A stretch of 64,000 nt of DNA. Origin: Cyanophora paradoxa CCMP329. Lineage: Eukaryota; Plantae; Glaucophyta. The notes under the pieces are model-generated. The model had not been told where the DNA came from, made no database searches, and saw nothing but the letters and a program-made list of their open reading frames with translations. The translations under genes and the position numbers were made by a program. The stretch is from NCBI GenBank assembly GCA_004431415.1, contig QPMI01000671.1, positions 1-64,000 on the forward strand, read 5' to 3'. Positions 1 through 11,831 of this stretch are shown here, in pieces (the first letter of the stretch is position 1; each line of letters opens with the position of its first letter).

Positions 1-1189
1 AAGACGACGTCCCCGTCGCTTCCGGCGGTGCCCGCGGGGCGCCACCGTGGGAGGGGCCAGGCGCGGGGCCCGGAGGGCGGCTCGCAGCGGCGCCTTGCCC
101 TTGTCCTTGCCGCGCGCGGCGGAGGACTCGGCTACGGAGGGCGCGGGCGCTTCCGTTGTCCGGACAGAGCAGCCGGGGCCTGCCAGCTGCTGGCGCCGGT
201 GCAGGCGGGCGAGCGGCCCCGCTCGGCGCGGGCGCCGGCGGCTCAGCTGCCTCGGCAGCGAGATTTATTTGATCCCGGAGGGATTGGTGGGACTGCGTTA
301 GCCCCCTGGCGTGCAGCGCGAGCCGCGTGGGCGCGGCGGCGTGCGGCGCGTTCAGCGCGGCGGGCGGGCCTGGTGCGCTCGCGCTCCTCTGGCGAGGTCC
401 AGCCAAGGTACCCGTCCTCGCGCTCGCGTTCAGAGTCGGTGTCCGAGGACACGGGCTCGTCACAAAGCGCGAGGCCCTCCATTGTGACAATGGGGACGTC
501 TTCGCCCTCACTGCCGTCGTCGCGCAGCATGCGGACGAACAAGGGAGGCGCGCTCGGCGCAGGCTCCTGCTCAGTGGCTACAGTCGCTTCGGACTGCCGG
601 CGGCGGGTGCCGCGAAAATAGGCCCTGGAGCGGGGTGCTGGGGCGGCGTGGTGCCCTCAGCTGCCGTGTAAGCCGCAGCCGTTCGATTGGCTCGGCGGCG
701 CATCGCGCGGAAGCCTTGCCCTCGCTTAGGGTAGAAGGCTCGCAGCGTGCGAATGAAAGAGTCGGCGACGGTGCGCGCCGACGCGTCGTCGGGCGGCGGG
801 TCGAACCCAAAGTCGCCGGGCGGCAGGTTATTAGCCTCCGCCACCGCTACAATGGCCCAGCGGAAGCAGACGGGCTCATTGGCGGGGTTTACTAGTCGCA
901 CGTGCAGGCCTGCCGCCTCGGCAGGCCGGCGTGCAACTGTGGGCGCGAGTACCCGAGCGCTGACAGGGAGTCAGGCGCCGGCCGACGGCGAGCGTCGGGC
1001 CTGGTCCGCTGGCGCGCAGGGCCGGTCCAACACGCAGCGGACCATCCTTCGCGGGCGTCCTTTAGGACGACGGGGCGGAGCACCCGGACAAGGAGAGGCC
1101 CTTTGATTGTCCGGGCACAGAAAAGGGATCACGTGGGGGCGGAAGTGCGCGTCGCGCGCGTGCAGGCACCAGCCCGAGCTGGTGGTGTC

Positions 1190-1500
1190 AATCCGCCCTC
1201 GATCCTCATGATCGTGCCGATGCCCAGGAGCATGTCGGCGTTCGGGCCGAGCGAGCCGTCGGGACGACGTACACCGCTCGCGAGACGTACACATCGCCGA
1301 AGCGCAGCACGACATGAGCAATCTCAGCCGTGATCGTGGCGTGGTGGAGGAAGGCCCGGAGACCTTCACACCCGTGTAGCGCGTGCCGGGCGGCATGTGC
1401 TTTTTCTCGCCAACATCTCCATTGCGCCAGTGTCAAAAATGAATTTGACGCGCGTGCTCTCGCCGAGCGTGCCGTCGGCATGCAAGGCATAGACGAAGCC
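1190..1500 (-). CDS. Retroviral-type aspartic protease domain (frameshifted)
   Basis: VKFIFDTGAMEMLA (catalytic DTG at ~1426-1434) and the downstream ADMLLGIG motif (~1216-1239). Confidence 0.75.
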
Positions 1501-4500
1501 CGGGCACTGCAGGAGCAGGCGCCGGAAATCGTGCGGGAGACCGTTGATCCCGTCGATAACTTTCGCGATCGGGACCGGGGCGTTCAGGCGGCCGTCGGCG
1601 CGCCATCCGGGACTCCGGGACCGCGAGTCGTGGGCGGTCGGGGCCGTAGCCCACGAGTTCGTCAGCTCAGGAGCCTGGAAGTGCAGCGCGGCGCGCTGCT
1701 TGCTGGAGCGGGCGTGGAGCCCCTCGGAGCGGCTCGTCGGAGCGGCAGAGGACTTGCGATCCGCTCCGTCGATGACGGCGTCGGCTCGCTGCCGGCAGCG
1801 CGGAGGCCAAGGCGCGCTCGGCGATGGCCCGCGGCTGCAGTGCAGCGCGCGTCGCGAAGTCATCCTCATCGTCACCATCGCCGTAGATACGGAGAATGGC
1901 GCGGTGTGCGGGCGGCAGCGGCCCTCGCTTTGCTCCTGGGCGAGGCCGATGAGGCGCAGCAGTTCAGATTCAATGCGATCGAACTGCTCCATGCCCGGTA
2001 ATTTGCGCCCACACCGTCGCAGCGCGTTCCGTGCCGCCCAAGAGGCGCCGCTCGGCAAGGTGGTGCCGGGAGATCATGGCCGCGGCCGTGGCGATCTCAT
2101 CGAGCATCTCAGACAAGACGGCCGGCTGAGCGTTGCGCCGAGCAGGAAGCGCAGGCGCGCGCGCCAGTTCTTGGCGGCCTGGTAGTGGCACTGCCCACAT
2201 TCTCGTCCGTGGCGGCGGTGCCTGCGGAGCTCGAGCTGGCCGCGGGACCGCAGGCGGGTACATGAGGCCGTGCGGCCAGTAATAGCCGTGCGGGCGCGAT
2301 TTGCGGCAAGAGTGGGGGCGGCGGCAACCCCCAACCGGGTACGCGCGGCGGGGCGGCCCATCGACGCCGGTACGGGTACGGGAACGGCGCGGGGCAGTTC
2401 CGCGGTGGACTGGGCAGCAACGCGGGCGCGCTTGCTGCGGCGCTCGGCCTCGCGAGGAGGCGCTGGCGCGTGTCCTCGGCCGGTCCGGCTCGAACTCAAG
2501 GCCATGCTGGCGGGCATAGGCAGTGAATTCGGCGTCGTCCATGTCAGCCAGGTCGAGGGACTCAGGTCCCGTGGACGAGGTGTGGCAAGGTGCCGCGAAC
2601 GGTCACGCGGCTGCCCTGCAGGATACGCGGCGCTCGCGGCGCTGGCCGGTGGCGCCCGGCGGCTGCGTGCGCGTCGGGGCAGGGGAGCTCGACGACTCCT
2701 GCCGGGGCGACTCGTGCGCTCGCGGGAAGCGGCGGCCTCGCGGCTCTGGCGGCGCCCGCGGCGGTCGCGGAGCGCTCGCGCTTCGTCTCGCTCTGCTTCC
2801 TCGAGGGCGAGGGCGTGGCCGAGCGCTTGGGGCAGGCTGGCTCGCGGGAGCCAGAGCCGTGGTGCCCGAGGCAGAGGACGATGCCACAGGCTTCGCCTGG
2901 GCGGTCGCTGCCACGGCGTGGTCGGCCTGCTGCTGGCGCGCAAGCTCGGGGCAGATCCTCTGCCGTGTACCCGTTCCAGTTCTGGAGCAGCTCGGCGCGC
3001 AGCCGGTAGTGGAACGGCGTGATTGCCGCCACCGTGTCGCCGAGGCCGCTGGCCTCGGGGGGCGCAGGGAACGGCGCCGCGCCCTGCTGGGCGACAGTGT
3101 CCAGGGCGGGGGCGGGATAGCCGCTACCCGAGCGGGCAGGATGCGCTCAAGGCGGCGGACGGAAAGGAGGGGCTCGTCCTCCTGCTCGTACATGGCGAGA
3201 ACAGCGCGCAGCTGCTTCGTCGCCGGCAGGCCCCAGATCTGCAGCAGAGCGTCCGAGAGGCGCTTGCTGGCGTCCGCCGCATTGTCCAGCCAGACGTATG
3301 CGTGGCGTTGGGGCGCGGCAGGTCTGGCATCGAGAGCCAGAACGCCGTGGTCAGCGGGAGCTGAGAGGCGATGACGAGAGCTGCGGACTCGTCAATCGAC
3401 TCGCCGAGCTGGCCGCTCTTGACGTGCTGCAGGACGGCGTAAAGCTCGTCGCCGTCAGCGGAACGTGCATGGCCCCAGCTGCTGCCTCGGCCGCGGAACG
3501 AGTGCCGGGTCGGCGCGGTAGCAGGTGGACACATGAACTCGTATATGGCCGTCGGCCCCACAATGTGCATTTGGGTTGAATCCCGTGGCGCGCAGGCCGG
3601 GCTGGTCGGGCAGCTCGTGCCCCAGCACCCAGGCAGCCATGCTGTTCACATACCCCGCAAGCAGGGATGCGACGAACTCACGGGCGGCAACGGGGACCAC
3701 GTGGGTCCGTGCTTCTGCACGCCCGGCAGACGACCGGGTATTTCCGGTGCCCGCGGTCCTTCGGATCGACGAGCGGGCGGGGCCGCTCGAACCCGAGCAC
3801 GAACACGCGCCGAGGGAGGCGGTCGTACTGGCGACGCGCCTCAGAGGGCGGGGCGTGCTGCATGGCCACGTGGCGGGACCAAGCGAGCAGCGCGTGGCAG
3901 TCGTGCCGACGGGTCGCCCATGACATCGACGTTGTTCACGTCGAGCTCAGTGCTCACGTGCTTCTCGCCCGTCTGGATCGGGGTTCCTGGCAGGAGGCCG
4001 CGGACCCGGGCATCGGGCTGGGCGACGCCACGGATGCCGAAGCCCCTGCCGAAGCGGGGCTCGTGGAACACGACAAGCGCTGCCCGCGCTTGGCGCGGTT
4101 GACCCCGATGGGCGCCTCGAACGTGTGCGGGCGAGCGAGGTACGCAAACGCCTGGCGGCACGTGTGGTGCAGGCGGTGTTCAGCACCGAGTAGGCGCGCG
4201 TGATCGGCCCATCGAGGCGGTTTGCGGGGGTGGGCTCCGACGCGACCCACTGCATGATGGACTCGTCGAGCCCCATCATCGCCGCGACGTAGGGCAAGCC
4301 CTGAACGTCGGTGCCTTGCATGGACGTCGGTGCCGGTGGCACGGGCGGCCATACAACATTACCGCGGCGGGGATGCCGCGGTTATGGCCCTCGACGTTTG
4401 CGATGAGCGTGGAGGCAAGGCAGTGCATGGCTGCATCAGCGTCGAGCGCGTTCGGGTGGAAACGCGTGACGACTGGGGCAGTCGCATTCACGCAGGGCGC

Positions 4501-6050
4501 GTCGGGCGGCCCGTTCTCGCCGAGGGTGAGCGGCACGAGCCGCGGAATAGCAGCCCACGGGTACTGCTCGGCCGTCGGATTGCGGGCCGGGCTACCGCCG
4601 AGCGGGTCGGGCAGCAGCACGCAGTACTTGTCGCAGTACCGGACGCGCTCGGGCGTGCCGTCGTACCACGTGCGGGCCCCAGCAGCAGGTGCCGCCGGCG
4701 TGGCCGTAGCAGTGGAGACCCCGGACGGTCCGGCGACAGGCGCAGCTGAGGAGCTGGCCATGGCACGTCGCCCTCAGCGTCGCGATCGGCTTCGCTACGG
4801 CGGGCCTCGCCTTCCCAGTTGTCGAGCCACTGCACAAAGGGAAGGGAGCGAATTGGGGCGTTGCCGCCAATTCGGGCCTCGTGGATCTCGCCCAGCAGCA
4901 ATTAGCGCCTTCGACGACGTGTCGTAGCAGCGGTAACTGGTGGCCAGCCACGAATCCGAGTCGTCCTTTGCGGCCTCGCGCTGGACGACCTCGGGAATTT
5001 CGAGGTTTGCCGGGTACGCCGGGCGAGCGTACGGACGAGCTCCTCGCACCCCGGGTGCGAGGCGTTAACCATGTCATAGAAATAGCTAACGTCGTCCGGC
5101 AGCTTCATGCGACGTCGAGCTCATTGGGGTCGTCGGGCCAAAGATCCTCAGGATCAGGGGCCGAGCCAATACCGAGCACTTGGTGACGGGGTGGCTGAGT
5201 TGGGCACCGCGGATTGCGAGCATCGCAATGCTCGAATCGGGGCCCTCCTGGAGGCGGTAATCGAGCTTGGCGATCGTCGCCGCAGCCTCGATCACGCAGG
5301 CGAGGGAGTGAGCCTCGGTGCGGTGAGCCAGGCGACCCAGCAGCAGGCGCTCGGGGCGCCGCAGGCCGCAGGCCCCAGGAACCGGTCAAGGACTATGCCT
5401 TTAGGCCCTCCTGGCGAGTTCGCGAACGAGCAGCGTCTGCTTCGCGTCGTCGAGGCCGTTCGTGAAGAGCAGCCCAATGGCGCGCTCTAGGTCACGGGGC
5501 TTGGCCGTCAAGTGGGCGTACCACTTTGTGAGCGGCATGAGCACCGGGCTCACGTAGCGGGGCAAGTAGGGCCCGCCCTCGCGCTCGCCCTCTTTCTCCA
5601 CGTCCGTGGCAGGCACGTGGTCATACGGCATGTAATCCAGTGCCCACGACTTCGTGGAGCACCGGGGTGGTGCCTGGGCACGTCGCGGTCCGGAGAACCG
5701 AACGGCCCGAAATAGGCGGGCTTCGAGGTGTCGCTGGCGTAGGGCGCGGAGCCCTGGCCAGGGTCGGAGCTCGGGGCGGACTCGGAGTCCGTGTCGAGCC
5801 GCTCGGCGTCGCTCTCCCCAAGCTCGGACTCCCGGAGCCGTCCTCGCTGGCCGGGTTGGCGCAGCGGAGGTCCCGCTCGAACGCAGCCTCGCGAGTGGCA
5901 TCGTCGAGGGCGCCAGCCGAGATGTCCGCCGCAGCGGCATCGAAGGCGGCCTGGTCGCGCGCCTTGGCGGCCATGGCAAGGGCGTCGGACGGCTGGCGGA
6001 CCGCTGCAACGGCCGCAGCCTCGTCCGAGTCGGAATCCGTGCCCACGGCA
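1500..6050 (-). pseudogene. Long frameshifted coding region of unknown function between gag and protease
   Basis: Successive protein-like fragments on one strand in switching frames, e.g. WALDYMPYDHVP, KLPDDVSYFYDMVN, RTWYDGTPERVRYCDKYCVLLP, YVNSMAAWVLGHELP, ELYAVLQHVKSGQLG, MEQFDRIESELLRLIG. Confidence 0.55.
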
Positions 6051-7945
6051 TCACATGTACAGACAGCGACCGAATGGACGGGCCGCCCGGAGGGCGCCGG
6101 CGTTCGGGTTGCCGCCTGCAGACGAGGAGCTGGCGCCACGCGCGCTCTCGTGCAGGGCGGCCTGCTGCTGCATCACCTGCAGGTGCTGGAAGAATGCAGC
6201 CATGGCGGCCGAGTTCGGCGAGTCAGAGCGGGGCTCGTTCTCGGCGCGAACTTGGTTGAACCGGGGCCGCTGCCCGCGGTTCATGTCCTGGCCGTAGCCC
6301 CGGCCGCGTCCGCCGCGGCCCTGTGACTCAGCGTCCGGGCAGTCCCGGCGGATGTGGTCCAGAGACCCGCAGGTCCAGCAGCCCGGCTCACGGTCGTCCT
6401 GGGCGCTCTTCTCCTTGCCCTTCCCCAGCGGGCGCTGGTTCGGGCCGGAGGCAGGGGCGCGGGTGGCGCCGCCCCGGCTGTAGCCGCCGCCGCGGTCCCG
6501 GCCGAAGCCGCCGCGGTCGTTGCGGTAGCCGCCGCGGGCGTACGGCTCCTGGCGGTGCCCGCCGCGGTGCGAGAACCCGCCGCGGGTCGGGCCGGGCTCG
6601 CTGCGCTCATCGGCGGCATCCTCCTCGCGCGCCGGCCGATCGCGGCGCCGCGCGCGCTTATCCGCAATCCCTTTCACCCACTCGGAGTATGGATATTGGG
6701 GAAGGGGGCCGTGCCCACACGCAGTTCCACGTAAAGTGGCAGCGGTCGAGGGCCGGCATCTCCACGTGCATGCACAGGGGCATGGGGACGTGGTCGTGCT
6801 CGGTACCCCAGGCGCTCCTCGTCGGGGTGCCGGCGACCCGCGACGGGCGCGCCCTGCGGAGCCTTCGTGCCCGGGGCCGCATTGACGGACTTGACGGGCA
6901 CGGCCTCGATGGGCTCGTCGCCGTCGTCGTCGCTGGCGGCGGCCGCTACCGGCGCCAGCTTGCGCACGCGGGCTTCTTAGCCTCCGGCGCCTCGAGTGCG
7001 GCCGTGGCCGTGGGGGCAGCACGGTGCGGCAGCCGTGCGTCTTGCACGCTGCGACGAAGATTTCGTCGAGCTGGAGCGGCGACAGGGCGCCGTCCTGTGC
7101 AAGGATGCGCTGCTGCAGCGCGGCGAGGAACGCGCGCAGAGTGCGCTCGTTCGCCTGGGCGAACCCGGCCATCCGAACATCGAGGTTCTGATATTCCGGG
7201 TCCTCGCTCGTCGAGCGGGCCTCGAGCGCAGTGCGCAGACACTCCGCATAGTACACGGCGAGGCGCTGGCCCTGGGGCAGCGTGTGCTGCACTAGGGGCA
7301 TGAACCAGTCATGCCATGAGCGCGGGTCCTCGCCCGTGTAGGGCTCAGTGAGAGCCCGGCGGGCCGCGTGCGGGCGCGTCTCATGAATCCATGCCGTGAT
7401 CGTCGCGAGGAGCCCGGGGGCACGCAAGTACGAGTCACGCACGGCCACGATAGTGGCATGATCGCGCGCGCAGCTCTGCTGCAGCGCCAAGATTGCAGCC
7501 TCATCCTCGGCAGTCCGCAGATCAGCCGGGACAAGTTCGAGACGAGCGAGCAGGGCGCGGTCACGCTCCAGGCCAGCAATAGAGGCCTCATAGAGGTCGC
7601 GCTTACGCTCAATCTCGGCGCGGAGGGCGCCGGGGCGGATGCGCCCGACGATCACTCCGGCAAGCGCCTCAGACTTAGTATACTCCTGGCCGCCGGCAGT
7701 GTCCGGGCCAAAGAGATACTTCGTCGGCTGAGCCGACTGGAAGTTCCGGACATCCTTCCGGAACCGGTCACCGTCGGCGAGGCGCGGCTTCGCGGGAGGA
7801 AGGCGATCCGCGCGGGATCATCCTCCGCCGCAGCGGCGGTGCCAGCGAGCTGCACAGCAAGTTCGGCCTTCGCAGGCTCAACGTGCGCAAGTGCGGACAG
7901 CTGGCTACGGACTTCAGAACTGATCAGTTCAGAAGTGTTCGACAT
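6051..7945 (-). CDS. gag: Gag-like protein with nucleocapsid zinc knuckle (frameshifted)
   Basis: CWTCGSLDHIRRDC (CX2CX4HX4C) at 6339-6380, preceded by an RGG-rich tract. Helical capsid-like segment PYTGEDPRSW...QANERTLRAFLAALQQR. Probable ATG at 7945 (MSNTSELIS), shifting frame into ORF 6051..7655. Confidence 0.75.
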
Positions 7946-8926
7946 ATTGCTCTCTTTGCAGCGTATAGCCACGAGAACAGAATGCCAGGGCACAAGATTT
8001 GATCTGCAGCGCACTGCAGATCCGGGACACGGTCTTCTCGTGGCGTGCGAGAACCGACTCAGGGACACTCAGAGAACTGCCGCTGGCAGACTCCGGGGCA
8101 CAGTGTGCGACGCGAAGCGTGCAACCGGCGAAGTGACACAGACAATGATTGAGACTCTCGCGAGAGCTCGTGCGTGCGCTTCGGTCTGGGGATGCACCGA
8201 AGCCCGCGAGGGACACTAGAGTCACTTCCGAAGCACAATCAGCCCGCCCAGAGGCGACGCGGCCGAAGTGTGCAGCGTAGCACGCCACAAGTGGCGGTCG
8301 CCCGGAAAGCTCGTCCCAGATCTCTCTAAGCTTATGCGAGGCGGCGCGGCGAGGCGCGCGGCGCGGGCAGAGCCTGGAAGTCCAGCGACCCTTGAAGGTT
8401 CGATTCCGGCAGAATGGCGCCTGTCGCGTGCGAGATTAGTGTGTCTAATCGTGCGCGCGGGAAGCCCGTGCGGAGTGCAAGCTCGGCAGGGCAGGGTTTG
8501 GCGAGTGCTGCTGCTGTTAGCCACCGGGATGGTAGACTGAGGGTGTACCCGTCCAGCTACGGCGTACCCCGACACACGCATACAAGTGACCGCGGCGCTC
8601 TAACTAGCCTAGGCGCCGTCGATCTAGCAGCACGAAGGCTGCGCACATCATCTAGAACCCTAGCGGCTCACAAACGAGCATCCGCTATAATGTCGGATGC
8701 GACAACGCCCACACGTGCACACACCTAGGCTGTGACCTAGCTATGTACCGTAGTACTATGAATTCGAATCTTAGTCTATGATAGCTAGCCTAGCGGCCCT
8801 ACCCCGGTACTACGGTAGCCGCGCCGCCGGCCGCTGTGCGCCACGCCGTACGCGTACTAGCGCTCATCACCGCATTTGCAGCCTGCAGCTGCGGCTGCGC
8901 GCGCCGACGGCCGGTGCTCGACGATC

Positions 8927-10963
8927 ATGAGCGGCGAGGGCAAGACCGCCAAGCACGGCGAGGGACGAATCCGGAGGATCCCGGGCGCAAAGAGGCGCCA
9001 GCGGCCCGCGAGCGCGAAGGTCCCCAAGTTGACGCCGAGAAACCCAAACCTGGAGCCTCCCGTGCGCTCCGCGGTCGCCCCTAGGCCTCGCCCGCGGCCG
9101 CCGCGCGCGGACCCTGACAGGCGCGCGCGCCTCTGCGCAGAGGCCCCCCGCGGCCGCGGCATCTGTACGGGGTGCAAGAAAGCCTGGATCCTCCCAGTCT
9201 CGCTGTGCGAGGCGACGTGCCCCAAGCGCCTCAGGCTCTGTATCTTCTGCTTCTCCTCGATAAGGCAATTTGCCAAATACAAGAGAGCCGTGGGTGAATG
9301 GTGCACACGCCCCCACGAGCCCCCGCGCTACCAGGTCGGGGCCCGCGCCGACCGCTCGGCGCCGCGCGCAGCTGCCGGCGCACGGGGCTCGAAAAGGTGG
9401 AGAACACCCACGCAAAGTTTGTGGAGTGCTACGACGCGGAGGCGGCGAAGACGGAGCCGCCGAAGAAGAAGAGGAAGGAGCAGGAGGCGCAGTGGAAGCT
9501 GTTCAAGGATCGCGCTCTGTCCACGCCCAACGGCGTGAACAACCAGGCAGCGCTCGAGGACAAGATCAGAAACAAGGGCGCTCCGAATTCGTCCAATGAC
9601 AACGAATCCAGCGCCAGCGGTTCGGACAAGGATCCGGATGAAGACGCAGAGGGCAGCAGCAGCAGCAGCAGCGAGGAGGACGGCGACGGCGAGAAGAAGA
9701 AAAAGAAGAACTCCAGGAGCGGCAAGCCGCCGAGCTCGGGCGGCGGAGGCGACGAGAGCGAGCTCCTGAAGAAGCGCATGGCGGAAAAGGCGGAGAAGAT
9801 CGTCGACAACCTCCTCGAGGGCTGGAGGGACGCCTACAGCTACAAGAATGAGCAGCCCAACCCGTCGCCTCCGGCCGCCGGCGCCGTCGCCGCCAGCGTG
9901 GCATCGGCGGCTCCGGATGGGGCCCCCGGCGCGGCCGCCGCGCCGGGCATGCACGCGGCGGCGCCGGGCGCGGGCGAGGAGGGGGCGGGGCCGAGCGATC
10001 GCCGGAGTGGCCTCGGTCCCCGCGAGGGGACCCTTGTCAGAGTCGGCGAGCGCCCCGCGGGGGCCCGGAACCTCTACGCTCCGACGGACGTGATCTCGCA
10101 CATCAAGAACGTCGCGTCACGGTACAGGGAGCTCGATCCGTACATGCTGAACACCCAGCGCATCCTCCAAGTCTCCGAGCAGGAGCGCACCGGCGCCTTT
10201 GTCATCGCATGCCAGGTCCGGTCCGCGTCCCCACCACCGCGCGCCCGCCCGGCCCGCCCCGCCCCGGCCGCCGCGATCGACGCTGATGGCGCATACGCAC
10301 CGTCCCGCAGTACATCGCGCTCTTCTGCGAGTCCGAGGGCCGGCGGATTGGCGCAAAGCTAGCGAGCGACTCCAAGGGGAAGCGCAAGGCCGCATTCTCG
10401 TTCGAGGTGGCCGAGAAGGTGAAGAGCGAGAAGATCAACAACATCGTCGAGATGAACATGCGGGAGAAGGCTGATCCGGGAGACCCCAAGTTGGAGAACC
10501 TCAAGGATCCCGGCGATCCGGAGGCCCCCAAGCTCGCGTTCGACTTTGCGGAGCTGCTCACGCTCGAGACGAATGGTAGCGTGCAGCAGTTCCGCGACAA
10601 CACCATCTCCCGCAAGGCCGACCAGGACCTCGAGCGGGGAGCGGAAGAAGGAGGACCGGACCGGCGCGAAGAACCTCGCCGACGCGGTCCGCCCGTGCAG
10701 AACCCCCCTCCCCCCTCCCCCCCCTCCCCTCCCCCCCCCTCCCTCCCCCCCCTCCCGTCCCCCCCCCCCCCTTCCCCTCCCCTTCTTTCCGGCCGCCAAT
10801 CCCGCCCGCGCCCGCGCCGCAGCTTCGGAGGATGCGCAACATCGGCGAGGCGCTGCGTGCGTTCCCTGCCCTGCGGCAGATCGGCCCCTACACGACCCGA
10901 AAGCACATCAAGCGTCTCAACGACCCTTCGACATTCGCGTACCCCGACCTGGAGAGAAAGTAG
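8927..10963 (+). CDS. Multi-exon hypothetical protein with Cys-rich N-terminal segment and Lys/acidic tracts
   Basis: MSGEGKTAKHG...; CTGCKKAW...CEATCPKRLRLCIFCF; NLS-like PPKKKRK. Short introns; last exon LRRMRNIGEAL...PDLERK, stop at 10961-10963. May originally be one gene with the AAA ORF. Confidence 0.55.
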
Positions 10964-11831
10964 GTAGCGGGCTCCTGCCCGCTGGGCGCCTCTCCGGCTG
11001 CCGCGAATCACCTTGGCGGTGCCTCCACCCCTCCTCTAGCCGGTTAGCCGCGCGTCCGTTAGGAATCCGCTCCGTGGGTCGGTTCGGCGAGCCACTCCAG
11101 CGGACACCAGCGGCGGCTTCAGCAGCTGCTCTCTCGTTCAGCCCAAGCACTTCTCTGCGGCAACGATCGGCCGCCCGCGGCTATGGGGCCGGCGACCTGT
11201 GCTGCGCCCGCGCAGATGATCGTCGGTCGTGTGATTGCGCGCCCGCGTCGCGGCCGTGGGCGTCGCGGCCGCACAGATACTTGGATTCCTGGCGAGGCGA
11301 CGTGCTTCTGAGCACTCGGGCGGCCCGGGGCCTCCCAACCCCGCCGCAGCGGACTCCCCGCGCGCGCGCGTGTGCGCCAGCTGGAGGCGGTATCTCTCGG
11401 CCAAGGAGCACGGGTCGCTGGCTGCGGCTGGCGATGCTGTGCGCCCGCCGGTTTTCACCCGGGCTCTCACGGGCTCCGGTTTCCGGCCCTCCCTGGGGTT
11501 AGATCTCCTTGCTTTCTTAGTACGTTTCCTCCCTACCAAACTGAGGGCTATAGTTCAGGCTCAGCCGCTTCGACCTCATCCTCGCTTATACATCGGTCCT
11601 CTCTGTAGGCGCCCTTGTCCTGAGGGGGGTTATAGTAGCTCAGCTCTGCTTCGGCTCTCTAGGCAGGTGTAGGCAGCGTTTCTAGGCAGGTATAGGCTCT
11701 TTCTCCAGTATAATAGCTCCACCCGGTCCGATGTCCGAAAGGCTTAGTCCCGTAGGCTCATCTCTCGACTTGACACAGATGGACACATCAGTTTTATCCT
11801 TAGCCATTTGTCTCGGTGTGTGCGAATTCAG

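Larger units (their letters stand above)
1..8720 (-). mobile_element. LTR-retrotransposon-like element (Ty3/gypsy- or copia-type not resolved), 5' part; RT/RH/IN not in window; right boundary approximate
   Basis: Minus-strand gag-like ORF with CCHC knuckle, followed downstream by retropepsin motifs. Intronless and frameshifted. No partner LTR in the window to fix the end. Confidence 0.7.

Noticed and set aside
8200-8760. 5' LTR and PBS of the left retroelement
   Set aside because: Composition is suggestive, but there is no second copy or clear tRNA-complementary PBS in the window, so coordinates are not supportable.
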